From Acidobacteriota bacterium (GTDB lineage: Bacteria > Acidobacteriota > UBA890 > WLXD01), in contig CAXWPL010000005.1 in NCBI GenBank assembly GCA_963666215.2, positions 1,280,001 through 1,344,000 of the forward strand: a stretch of DNA of 64,000 nt. Reading direction: 5' to 3'. The translations under genes and the position numbers were made by a program. This document shows positions 8,920 to 18,315 of this stretch, piece by piece; position 1 is the first letter of the stretch; every line of letters begins with the position of its first letter. The notes under the pieces are model-generated. The model was given only the letters and a program-made list of their open reading frames with translations. It ran no database searches and had not been told where the DNA came from.

Positions 8920-10623
8920 CTACTGCTCTGTCGGAGCCCGGCGGGGGAGCCGGATCTCGTCAACCAGGCGCTGCACCTCCTCGGGCGGTGGCGGAGTGAA
9001 ACGGCTGACAACGATCGCGAGCGTGAAGTTCAAGAGCATCCCGATCGTACCGATGCCCTCGGGACTGATGCCGAAGAGCCACTCGTCGGCTCCCGCGTCG
9101 GGCCGGACGAAGCGAAAGTAGATGATGTAGCTCGCCGTGAACAGGATACCCGTGACCATGCCGGCGATGGCCCCCTCTTTGGTGGTCCGCTTGCTGAACA
9201 CACCCAAGACCAGGATCGGGAAGAAGCTCGACGCCGCGAGCCCGAAGGCGAAGGCGACCACCTGAGCGACGAAGCCTAGCGGATTGATGCCGAAGTAGCC
9301 GGCAACGATGACTGCCAGCCCCGCGGCCATCCGCGCCAGCAGAAGCTCCCGATCTTCGGTCATTCGCGGGAACAGAAAGGACTTGCAGAGATCGTGCGAG
9401 ATCGCGGAAGCGATCACCAACAGCAGGCCGGCCGCCGTCGAAAGCGCCGCTGCTAATCCGCCGGCCGCGACCAGAGCCACCACCCAGGCCGGCAATTGGG
9501 CGATCTCGGGGTTCGCCAACACCATGATGTCCTGGTCCACGGTGAGCTCGTTGGCCTCGGGGTCGCCACTGTAGAGGATGCGCCCATCTCCATTCTTGTC
9601 CTCGAAGGCGATGAGGCCGGTTCTCTCCCAACTGGTGAACCACTCCGGGGCCTCTTCGTAAACCACCCCATTGAGGGTCTGGATCATGTTGACCCTGGCG
9701 AAGGTGGCGACGGCCGGGGCGGTGGTGTAGAGAATCGCGATGAAGACCAGAGCCCACAGGGCGCTCCAACGCGCCGCTCGTGCGCTCGGCACGGTGTAGA
9801 AACGGATCAGAACGTGGGGGAGGCCGGCGGTGCCGACCATCAAGGCCAGGGTGATCGCGAAAACGTCGACCATTCCCTTCTTCCCCGCCACGAAGGCGGC
9901 CGTGTACTCGGGAAGGCCGAGATCACGGTGAAGGGCGTCCAAGGTCTCCAACAGGAAGAGTCCCGCATTCGGCCCCTCCACCAACTGGCTACCGAAGCCG
10001 AGCTGGGGGATCGGGTTGCCCGTCAGCTTCCAGGAGATGGCGATGGCCGGCACTAGATAGGCGACGATCAGCACGCAGTACTGGGCGACCTGGGTGTAGG
10101 TGATGCCACGCATGCCGCCGAGGGTCGCGTAGATGAACACGAGCACCATACCGATGAGAACACCGGTGTTGACGTTCACCTCGAGGAAGCGCGAGAAGAC
10201 GACGCCGACGCCTCGCATCTGACCCGCGATGTAAATGAAGGAGACAAAGATCGTGCACCCCGCCGCGATCAGGCGGGCGGTCTGTGAGTAGTAGCGATCG
10301 CCAACGAACTCGGAGGTCGTGAACTTGCCGTACTTGCGTAGATACGGCGCGAGCAACAGCGCCAGCAGCACGTAGCCACCGGTCCAGCCCATCAGATAGA
10401 TGGTGCCGGTATACCCCATGAAGGAGATCAGGCCCGCCATCGAGATGAAAGAGGCGGCGCTCATCCAATCGGCCCCGGTCGCCATGCCGTTGGCAAGGGC
10501 CGGCACTCCGCGCCCCGCTACATAGAACCCCGCGGTCGAGCGCACTCGACTCCACCAAGCAATGCCGATGTAAAGGGCGAAGGTGAAGCCGACGACTAGG
10601 TAGGTCCAAGCTTGAACGCTCAT
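8920..10623 (-). CDS. Sodium:solute symporter (ActP-like, VC_2705 type)
   Basis: NGMATGADWMSAASFISMAG, GTAGLPHVLIRFYT; many TM helices. Confidence 0.92.
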   Translation of the reverse strand: MSVQAWTYLVVGFTFALYIGIAWWSRVRSTAGFYVAGRGVPALANGMATGADWMSAASFISMAGLISFMGYTGTIYLMGWTGGYVLLALLLAPYLRKYGKFTTSEFVGDRYYSQTARLIAAGCTIFVSFIYIAGQMRGVGVVFSRFLEVNVNTGVLIGMVLVFIYATLGGMRGITYTQVAQYCVLIVAYLVPAIAISWKLTGNPIPQLGFGSQLVEGPNAGLFLLETLDALHRDLGLPEYTAAFVAGKKGMVDVFAITLALMVGTAGLPHVLIRFYTVPSARAARWSALWALVFIAILYTTAPAVATFARVNMIQTLNGVVYEEAPEWFTSWERTGLIAFEDKNGDGRILYSGDPEANELTVDQDIMVLANPEIAQLPAWVVALVAAGGLAAALSTAAGLLLVIASAISHDLCKSFLFPRMTEDRELLLARMAAGLAVIVAGYFGINPLGFVAQVVAFAFGLAASSFFPILVLGVFSKRTTKEGAIAGMVTGILFTASYIIYFRFVRPDAGADEWLFGISPEGIGTIGMLLNFTLAIVVSRFTPPPPEEVQRLVDEIRLPRRAPTEQ

Positions 10624-10632
10624 CGCCTCGCC

Positions 10633-10890
10633 TCAGTCGACACCATGGCGGCGATCGATACGATCCATCGCCACGACATAGATCAGAATCAAGACCACGA
10701 AGGCGTAGATCGCACCCTGCTGCGCGAACCAGAAGCCGAGCGGAAAGCCACCGATGCGAAACTGGTTCAGCCACTCGACCAGAAAAATGCCCAAACCGTA
10801 AGAAACCCCGAACCAGCAAGCGAGAAGCCACGCCATCAGGCGCAGATTCGCTCGCCAGTAGCCCTCCGGGTCCGCCTTTCTACCCGCCAT
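10633..10890 (-). CDS. DUF4212 small membrane partner of the symporter
   Basis: YWRANLR...GFPLGFWFAQQG; two TM helices; immediately upstream of the symporter. Confidence 0.9.
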   Translation of the reverse strand: MAGRKADPEGYWRANLRLMAWLLACWFGVSYGLGIFLVEWLNQFRIGGFPLGFWFAQQGAIYAFVVLILIYVVAMDRIDRRHGVD

Positions 10891-11007
10891 CGTATTCCCT
10901 CTGTTGTCTGCGAGGCGGTCGGATTACATCAGTGCACTCTCGACGAGGTCAACTCGTGCTCCTCCGAAGCTCAACTGATGTACGATGCCCTTCACCCCCC
11001 AAACGTC

Positions 11008-12354
11008 ATGATCGAATCCCTCGCTCAACAAAAAGCGCTGCCGCGCAGCGACGAGTCTGAGCGAGCTGTGCTCGCCGCAATCCTCCTCGAGCCCCCGAGA
11101 CATCTGGCCACAACGGCCGCTCGACTGAAGCCCACCGACTTCTATTCGGCTCGCCACCGGCACCTCTATCAGGCGATGCTCGATCTCCAGGAGGATGGAG
11201 TCGAGATCGACCTGCGCACGGTGCAGGCAAAGCTCGAGCAACAGGATCTCTTCGACGAGGCCGGCGGCCTCGCCTATGTGGCGACTCTCGAGGTCGATCT
11301 CCCCGACCTCAGCCGTGTCGAGCACTACGTGGAGATCGTCAAAGAGCGCTCGCTGCGCCGACGCCTGATCTCTTCTTGCTCGGATATCTATGCCTATTGC
11401 CAGGATGGAGGGCTCGAGGCCAAAGACGCGCTCGGACGCGCCGAGCAGGCCATTCTCGAGATCGGTGAAGAGGCGATCCCGCAAGGTTTCGTCTCGCTCG
11501 GAGACGCCATCAAGGGGACGGTCTTCGATCTCGAGGAGCGACCGGATCAGGTGTTTTCCGGCATCGCCACCGGCTTTATCGAGTGGGATCGTATGACTCA
11601 CGGCCTCAATGCCGGCAACTTGGTCATCATCGCCGGTCGCCCGGGGATGGGAAAGACCAGCTTTGCTCTGAATGTCGCGCAGCATGTGACTCTGAAGGAG
11701 AAGCGCTCTGTGGGGGTCTTCTCGCTCGAGATGAGTGTCCAGGAGCTGGCGATGCGCATCTTGTGCTCAGAGTCGAAGGTGCCTCTTGGCAAGCTACGCT
11801 CCGGCAAGCTCTCCGATCGCGATTGGGAGAGCATTCACAATGCCGCCAGACGCACCAGCGAAGCGCGGCTCTTCATCGACGACTCGGCGAGCCTCTCTCT
11901 GCTCGAGCTGACTTCGAAGGCGCGTCGATTGAAGATGGAGAAGGGCATCGATCTGGTCATCCTCGACTACCTTCAGCTGATGGAGGCGGGCGGTCGCTAC
12001 GAGAACCGGAACCTCGAGATCGCGGCGATCACCCGGGGACTCAAGCAGCTCGCCAAGGAGCTCAGTATCCCCGTCATGGCGCTCTCGCAGCTGTCTAGAC
12101 AGCCCGAGCGCAGAGGGTCCAACCATCGCCCGCAGCTCGCCGACCTTCGCGAATCAGGAGCCATCGAGCAGGACGCCGACCTCGTCGCCTTCGTGTTCCG
12201 TGAAGAGGTCTACGATCGAGAGAACGAAGAGCTTCAGGGCCTGGCCGAGCTCATTGTGGCGAAGAATCGCAACGGCCAGATCGGTGACGTCGAGCTCGCT
12301 TTTGTCGGTGAGACGACCACTTTCTTCAACCTCGATCGGCACTCGCCGATCTAA
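11008..12354 (+). CDS. dnaB: Replicative DNA helicase
   Basis: AGRPGMGKTS, FSLEMS, LDYLQLM, LSQLSR, DLRESGAIEQDAD, AKNRNG; start may instead be 10978. Confidence 0.97.
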   Translation: MIESLAQQKALPRSDESERAVLAAILLEPPRHLATTAARLKPTDFYSARHRHLYQAMLDLQEDGVEIDLRTVQAKLEQQDLFDEAGGLAYVATLEVDLPDLSRVEHYVEIVKERSLRRRLISSCSDIYAYCQDGGLEAKDALGRAEQAILEIGEEAIPQGFVSLGDAIKGTVFDLEERPDQVFSGIATGFIEWDRMTHGLNAGNLVIIAGRPGMGKTSFALNVAQHVTLKEKRSVGVFSLEMSVQELAMRILCSESKVPLGKLRSGKLSDRDWESIHNAARRTSEARLFIDDSASLSLLELTSKARRLKMEKGIDLVILDYLQLMEAGGRYENRNLEIAAITRGLKQLAKELSIPVMALSQLSRQPERRGSNHRPQLADLRESGAIEQDADLVAFVFREEVYDRENEELQGLAELIVAKNRNGQIGDVELAFVGETTTFFNLDRHSPI

Positions 12355-12422
12355 GCAAACCAGTGCGATGGTGATGCCGGCGAGAGTTCTGCTCGCGGGC
12401 CTGCTACCGCGCCGACCCTGAC

Positions 12423-13601
12423 TTGAGCCCCACAACCGATCAGCGCCGCCCTGCCTGGGCCGAGATCGATCTCGACTCGCTCGCGCACAATCTTCGCTTT
12501 CTTCGCAGCCGCATCGGCGACGCCAAGATCCTCGCCATTGTGAAGGCAGATGCCTATGGGCACGGCGCTGTGGAGGTCGCCCGGACCGTCGAGAGCGAGG
12601 GCGCTGACTGGCTCGGCGTAGCCCTCGAGGAAGAGGGTGCAGAGTTGAGGCGGGCGGGTATAGAGCTTCCAATTCTGGTTTTGGGTGTCGTCGAGCGGGC
12701 TCAGGTTCCGCGCATGCTGCACCACCGATTGACTCCGGCAGTCTCCAGCCTCGAACAGCTGAGCTCGTGGGCCGCAACCGCGCAATCGCGGTCTGGAGAG
12801 GAAGGGACGCTGATCCATCTCAAGCTCGACACCGGCATGCATCGCCTAGGTCTGGCTGAGGAGGAGTGGCCTCGCGCAACCGAGATCCTGTCCTCGACGC
12901 CACGGCTGCGGCTAACGGGCCTTCTCTCGCACCTCGCATCGTCGGAGGATCTCGAGTCCCCGATCACAGCCGTACAAGAGACCTGCTTCGATCGTGCGCT
13001 GGCCCTGTTCTCGGCTCTCGTGGATGAAGGGGGGATCCTGGCTCACACTGCCAACAGCGCCGCGGCCCTCCACCACCAAGAGTCGGTGCACTCTCTAGTG
13101 CGCTGCGGCCTCGCTCTTTACGGAGTCGATCCGGCTCAGGTCGAGGAGGGCTTGAGACCGGTGATGCAGGTGCGAGCGCGAATCGTGGAAACCAGAGAGG
13201 TCGAGGCCGGGGCAGCCGTAGGCTATGGCGGAACCTGGATCGCTCCGCGCCCGAGTCGCCTAGGAGTCGTGGCACTCGGCTACGCCGATGGCTACCCCTG
13301 GCGGCTCTCCAACCTCTCCCATGCCAACTCTCGAGATCAGGAGTTGGCGGTGGTCGGAGCGGTCAATATGGACATGCTGCTACTTGACCTCACCGGCACT
13401 TCGGTCTCGGTTGGCACTGAGGTTTGTCTGATGGGCAACGGCCCCTCGACCGGCCCTGGCGCGAGCGAGCTGGCCGGGTTGGCAGGGATGTCCACCTATG
13501 AGCTCCTCGCTCACTTCGGACTCCGTCTCCCCAAGCGCTACCTACGCGCCGGTGAGGAAGTGGGGGTGGTATCGCGGCTGGAACCCTCGACGCGAGAGTA
13601 G
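12423..13601 (+). CDS. alr: Alanine racemase
   Basis: AIVKADAYGHG PLP-lysine motif, HLKLDTGMHRLG, GYADGY. Confidence 0.96.
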   Translation: MSPTTDQRRPAWAEIDLDSLAHNLRFLRSRIGDAKILAIVKADAYGHGAVEVARTVESEGADWLGVALEEEGAELRRAGIELPILVLGVVERAQVPRMLHHRLTPAVSSLEQLSSWAATAQSRSGEEGTLIHLKLDTGMHRLGLAEEEWPRATEILSSTPRLRLTGLLSHLASSEDLESPITAVQETCFDRALALFSALVDEGGILAHTANSAAALHHQESVHSLVRCGLALYGVDPAQVEEGLRPVMQVRARIVETREVEAGAAVGYGGTWIAPRPSRLGVVALGYADGYPWRLSNLSHANSRDQELAVVGAVNMDMLLLDLTGTSVSVGTEVCLMGNGPSTGPGASELAGLAGMSTYELLAHFGLRLPKRYLRAGEEVGVVSRLEPSTRE

Positions 13602-13614
13602 AGGAGCGAGCCGG

Positions 13615-15597
13615 TCAAAGCGGCAGCTGGTAGATCGAGTACTCGTTGTCCTCGTAGACCCGCGTAACCTCGCTATCCACAAAACTCTGCAATATTCTGG
13701 CGCTTTCAGGAGGAAGCAGCAGGACGTACTCGCGCTCGAGAAGGCTGGGCGGTTTGCCCTGCCCGGTGACCCTGACCCAGGGCCAGTGCACCAGGACGTG
13801 GGTCACTCCCTGCCTCTGAAGCTCCACCGCGAAGGCGGTGCTATCGGCGAAGTCGGCTAGAAAGGCGGCTACTCTGGGTCCGTCGAAGTTACCGGCTGAG
13901 AGCGAGGGTCGATCCAGATAGTAGCTGCGGTTCTCGCCGAGCAGGAGCACCAGAGCATCGCTCTCGGAGCTTTCGGCGAGCCACTGATAGGGCTTCATGA
14001 AGGAGCGTGTCCGAGCTAGATATTCAGCTTCGCTCTCTTTGCCAACGACGAAGTCGAAGGGCTGATAGGAGGCCTGAAAGACATAGAGCACCAGCAGCAT
14101 CTGCCCGGCGAGAGCCAGGCCTACGGGCAGCGACAGCGCGCGCCGCCAGCCTGCTGTGAGCGAGCTCCAGCCACGAGCCATGTAGGCAGCGCCGAGGACG
14201 GCCAACGGAACGACCGAGACAAGTAGGAGACGAGACATGGGCGCGAATGCCAGGAGCGCCGGTAGGGGGAGGAAGCCGATCCACCACAGATCGCGAGAGC
14301 GGGGAAAGGCGAGGGCGGCCAAGGGTGACAGCAGCACCGCGAGGGGTAGCAGAATACCGAGAGCGTCGTCGACGATGGCCAGATGAACGATGTCGAAACC
14401 TCGAATCAGCTCCTGCCAGCCGGTGAGTGCTCCGTCGGATCGGTAGTTGCCGATGGGGGGTACACCGCCGAGTAGAAATGGCGCCACTGGTGAGCCGGTC
14501 CAGATCCAGTTGCGGAGGTAAGAAAGACCCCCGAAGAGGCCGAGGAGCAGAGCCGAGGAGGCGACGATCCGGGCCACGCGGCCCCCGTGCTCGCTGGCCA
14601 GATGGAAGATCGCGAATATGACGAAGATCGCGATCCATGGCAGGGCTGTGTATTTGACTGCGGCGGCCCCGGCCAAGGCGGCAACACAGGTCGCCGCATG
14701 GGCAGCCTGAGGCTCGAGCCGAAAGCGATGCCAACTCTCGTAGGAGAGGAAGAGCAGGCCGAGCACGCCCCACTCGGCCCACGCCCATCCGGCGACGATC
14801 GCGAGCGCCGGTGTCCAGGCCACGACCGCGACAACCCAAGTCGCTGCCTCCTCTGAAGGAGGTGCCGGTGGGTAGATGCGTCGCGCTACCCGATGGAGAG
14901 CGCCGAGGGTCAGCAAAAAGAGGCCGAAATGAACCCACTTGGCAGCAATGCCCCCCGAGAGCACCAGGGCGGCAAGACTCACCTGAGAGAGCGCGGCGGC
15001 GAAGTAGCTGTGGGAGTTGAGTGGGAGCTCCACCATGGCTCCGCGGAGCAGGAACTCCTGCGGTACCGCGAGCTTGTAGATGAGCTCATCCGGCGAGTTG
15101 ACCGGGAGCATCGCGGCTATCGCAGCAACAGCGATCGGCGGACCCAGGAGAATCGCGCCCCAAGTCGAGATCCGGCAGGCAGAGGGCGGACTCCGCCAGA
15201 GACCGATGCCGCCTACCGCCGCCAGGACCAGGCAGAGAACGAAGATCGCCGGCACGACCCCTCTTCCTCCCCAAGCAATCAAGGTCACGAGGGCACCGAG
15301 AACGGGCAGGCCGACCAGGGTCCGGTCGGCGGCGCTGGGAGCGCCGGCGGAGTCGAGGAGTCCGGCCAGTTTCCGGAAAACTGCGCGCGACAGATCGAGG
15401 GCCCCTCCTCCGGCTGCGTAGGCTGCGAGCAGTACGACAGCCCCCGCGAGCAAGGGCTCGAATAGCTGGGAGAGCGCCACCCAGGCGGGTCGGAAACGGA
15501 AGAAAAAGACGCCGGCTACAACGCCCCAGAGAACCAGAGCGACGAGGTAAGAAAAGGGCGGGACCTGGCGTGCTTTGATGATCGATCCCACGACCAC
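13615..15597 (-). CDS. Polytopic membrane protein, GT-C glycosyltransferase-like
   Basis: More than 10 TM helices, D.LIY.L..P loop, KYT, YLRNWIWTGSPVAPF and a C-terminal extracytoplasmic domain. Confidence 0.6.
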   Translation of the reverse strand: MVVGSIIKARQVPPFSYLVALVLWGVVAGVFFFRFRPAWVALSQLFEPLLAGAVVLLAAYAAGGGALDLSRAVFRKLAGLLDSAGAPSAADRTLVGLPVLGALVTLIAWGGRGVVPAIFVLCLVLAAVGGIGLWRSPPSACRISTWGAILLGPPIAVAAIAAMLPVNSPDELIYKLAVPQEFLLRGAMVELPLNSHSYFAAALSQVSLAALVLSGGIAAKWVHFGLFLLTLGALHRVARRIYPPAPPSEEAATWVVAVVAWTPALAIVAGWAWAEWGVLGLLFLSYESWHRFRLEPQAAHAATCVAALAGAAAVKYTALPWIAIFVIFAIFHLASEHGGRVARIVASSALLLGLFGGLSYLRNWIWTGSPVAPFLLGGVPPIGNYRSDGALTGWQELIRGFDIVHLAIVDDALGILLPLAVLLSPLAALAFPRSRDLWWIGFLPLPALLAFAPMSRLLLVSVVPLAVLGAAYMARGWSSLTAGWRRALSLPVGLALAGQMLLVLYVFQASYQPFDFVVGKESEAEYLARTRSFMKPYQWLAESSESDALVLLLGENRSYYLDRPSLSAGNFDGPRVAAFLADFADSTAFAVELQRQGVTHVLVHWPWVRVTGQGKPPSLLEREYVLLLPPESARILQSFVDSEVTRVYEDNEYSIYQLPL

Positions 15598-15627
15598 GAG
15601 AGCTCTCGGCGGAGCGAACAGCGAGCG

Positions 15628-16176
15628 CTACAAGAAGCCGAGATCGAGGCGCGCGGCCTCAGACATCATATTGGGATTCCAGGGCGGGTCGAAGACCAGG
15701 TCGATCTTCGCACTGCGGACGTCGGGAAGGGCCTCCAGTTTACCCTTGACGTCATCGACCAAGACCGGACCCATGCCGCACCCGGGTGCGGTGAGAGTCA
15801 TCTGCACCGAGACGTCCTGCTTGTCGTCCTCTTCGCTGTCGCTGAAGGAGCAGTCGTAAATGAGGCCCAAGTCGACCACGTTGACCGGGATCTCGGGGTC
15901 GTAGATGGTGCGCAATAGCGCCCATGTCCGTTCTTCGAGAGTCCCCTCGACCTTCGCCGTGTCCGAACCCGAAGCGGTCTCTCCGTCGGCGACCCCAAGG
16001 GCATCTGCGTGGCTCGACGAGATGCGCAACATCTGGCCGAAGTCTGTGGTTACGGTGATGCTTCCCCCCAGCGCCTGGGTGATGCGGACCGGGGTTCCTT
16101 CGTTGAGAAGAACCGGAATGCCGTCGGGGATCTGGATCGCCTCTATATCGCGCTTGACTACTACCTGTTCGTGCAT
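15628..16176 (-). CDS. sufT: Fe-S cluster assembly protein SufT (DUF59)
   Basis: ITQALGGS N-domain; YDPEIPVNVVDLGLIY...MTLTAPGCGMG. Confidence 0.92.
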   Translation of the reverse strand: MHEQVVVKRDIEAIQIPDGIPVLLNEGTPVRITQALGGSITVTTDFGQMLRISSSHADALGVADGETASGSDTAKVEGTLEERTWALLRTIYDPEIPVNVVDLGLIYDCSFSDSEEDDKQDVSVQMTLTAPGCGMGPVLVDDVKGKLEALPDVRSAKIDLVFDPPWNPNMMSEAARLDLGFL

Positions 16177-16234
16177 TTTTTGACGCCTCTCTCGAACTGA
16201 GCCCAGATGATGCTAGCACGCGGCGCTGTTCAGC

Positions 16235-18238
16235 TCAGGTCGCGCTCGAGGGCACCTGGGCCAATGCCTCGAACGCCTCTGCCAAGCTCTCGACCTCGAG
16301 AAGTCGGAGCTCGCCGTCGTCCAGCAGGTCGGTATCGACTACTTCGTAGAGCACCCGGCTCTCGAGGCCCTTGAGATCCGGCATGCCGAGCCGCCTCAGA
16401 CCGATATCCGCCTTCTCGCCGGCGTCCTCGATCGTTGCGACGACGAGGAGGCTATCGCTCCCCTCGAAGCTGCGCAGCGGACGGGGGGGGATCACCGCGT
16501 CGAGGTTTTGGATCAAAGTCTCGGTAGCGACGATGCCGTTGTTGATGAGCTGGCCGGAGGGTGAGAGGCGGACTCGGAAAGCCGGGCCTGAGCCGCTATC
16601 GGCGGCCTCTTCGGCGTCCGCTAAGGGTGCGAAGAATTCCTCGACTTTCGAAGGCTCATATCCCCTGGAGACCAAGCTCGCAGTGAGCTCGTCGAGGTCA
16701 TGGCTCGACTTGCCCGAGACCAGACGAAACAGCTCCACGACGCTTTCTCCGAAGATCTCGTAGCGCATCCCCTGTCCGCGACGGCCACCGAAGGGGAGAA
16801 GGCGATACTCGCCGTGGTTGAGGGCGATACGCATCCCGCCGTCGAAAGGAAACCCCTGCGAGAGTATCTCGCGATAGGCGCGCTGCATCCGGATCGCAGT
16901 CAGCAGCAGGCGCCGCGCCTCACGTCCGGTGTAGAAGGCGCCGTCGCCCAGATACTTCTCGCGATAGAGGCGATGCTCGTCGGCGATACGATCGAGGCGT
17001 TTCTGAAAGCGGAAGAAGGCGCGGAACGCGCTTTCCTGACTGCCGGCGTCGCTGTGCTGAAGCTCGGTCACCTTGCCGGTGAAGTGAACAATGTCGTAGG
17101 CCACCCCACCTCTGGCGACTCCTGGGTCGACAACCCATGGACTCATGAAGTCCATCGGGCGAAGAGTGGGGGAGAGATGGAGATCGTAGGGCCCCGCGCC
17201 GAGCCGGAGGGCCTCTTCCCCGGGGCAGATCAGGCGATCGCTCTTCCACCGCACCCGCATCACCAGGCCGCGAAGGTTGTGCAGCAGCTCGAAAGTCTTG
17301 AGACGGCTAAGGACGTCCTCCCAGATCGCGACCTGTCGCTCGCTCCAAAGGGTCGTCGGATCGTAGGAGGAGACGCTGGCGGCGAGATAGGAGACGTACC
17401 CCGGCGAGCTCAGGAGCAGGTCGGGATCCTGGACTTCGAGCAGATTGAGCAGGTAGCGAGCGAGGTTTCGCAAACCGGGATCGAGCTCGACCTGAGCTCG
17501 GTTCCAGAGCCGTAAGCGCCGCAAACGCAAGCGAAAGTCTCGCCCGTCTTCGCGCAAGAAGCCGCGAAAGAAGGGGTCGAGCTCCTCCAGGTCTCGGTTG
17601 ACGCCGTCCTCAGTGAGAATGAGGACGTTGTCGCGCAAACAGCTGAAGACCGCCGGGTAGAGCTCCGCGCTAGCTCCCTCGCCGAGGGTGAGGCGTCTCT
17701 CTAAAGTGCGCAAGACCCGCTCGGCGCGCCGCACGTACTCTTCGAATACGTCGTATTTGATCTCGGTGGCCGAGGCCTCTCCGAGGGCCGGCCACTCAGC
17801 CTGCACGCGTCGAGGGTAATCCTTGAGGTGCGCGGAGACCTGTACTGAGTGATAGAGCCAGAACGTGGTCGGGTAGTGACGCCCGTAGTCTGAAGCGGTC
17901 ACGTTCTCGGCGGCGAGCTCCAGAAGCTCCTCGTAACGGTTCCAGGCTTCGTCGCGGTCGCCTCCACCCGCATCTCCGCCGCGAATGCGCACCTGGCGTA
18001 GCAGGGCGGCATCCAGTGCCTCGGCCAGTGCCTCTTCCAGCGAACGCAGCTTCGGCGATTCGGTGAGAAGAAAGCCGCTGATCCCCGAGGCCTCCTCTCC
18101 TTCGAGAAATACCGGCTGCGGCGTCGGAAGATCGAGATCGATGAGAGCCTGCACGCGGCGCACGTCGAGCTGCGACGGATGCAGAAAAACAGCGGACCGC
18201 TTCAGGCGCCGGAGAAGGGTAGAGGTGTCCAACTCCAT
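16235..18238 (-). CDS. Hypothetical protein with a C-terminal class III nucleotidyl-cyclase-like domain
   Basis: YDIVHFT, EKYLGDG, MRIALNHG and YEIFGESVVELFRL appear in cyclase order. Confidence 0.6.
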   Translation of the reverse strand: MELDTSTLLRRLKRSAVFLHPSQLDVRRVQALIDLDLPTPQPVFLEGEEASGISGFLLTESPKLRSLEEALAEALDAALLRQVRIRGGDAGGGDRDEAWNRYEELLELAAENVTASDYGRHYPTTFWLYHSVQVSAHLKDYPRRVQAEWPALGEASATEIKYDVFEEYVRRAERVLRTLERRLTLGEGASAELYPAVFSCLRDNVLILTEDGVNRDLEELDPFFRGFLREDGRDFRLRLRRLRLWNRAQVELDPGLRNLARYLLNLLEVQDPDLLLSSPGYVSYLAASVSSYDPTTLWSERQVAIWEDVLSRLKTFELLHNLRGLVMRVRWKSDRLICPGEEALRLGAGPYDLHLSPTLRPMDFMSPWVVDPGVARGGVAYDIVHFTGKVTELQHSDAGSQESAFRAFFRFQKRLDRIADEHRLYREKYLGDGAFYTGREARRLLLTAIRMQRAYREILSQGFPFDGGMRIALNHGEYRLLPFGGRRGQGMRYEIFGESVVELFRLVSGKSSHDLDELTASLVSRGYEPSKVEEFFAPLADAEEAADSGSGPAFRVRLSPSGQLINNGIVATETLIQNLDAVIPPRPLRSFEGSDSLLVVATIEDAGEKADIGLRRLGMPDLKGLESRVLYEVVDTDLLDDGELRLLEVESLAEAFEALAQVPSSAT

Positions 18239-18315
18239 CGCTCCATAGAAATATGTCCAAATCATACTCCAAAGGCGAGTTACGGGCCAGGATGGCTGCT
18301 AAACTCCGCCGCATC

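Noticed and set aside
10612-10977. N-terminal extension or intein in DnaB
   Set aside because: The extension overlaps the DUF4212 gene on the other strand; the helicase is normal length with no intein motifs
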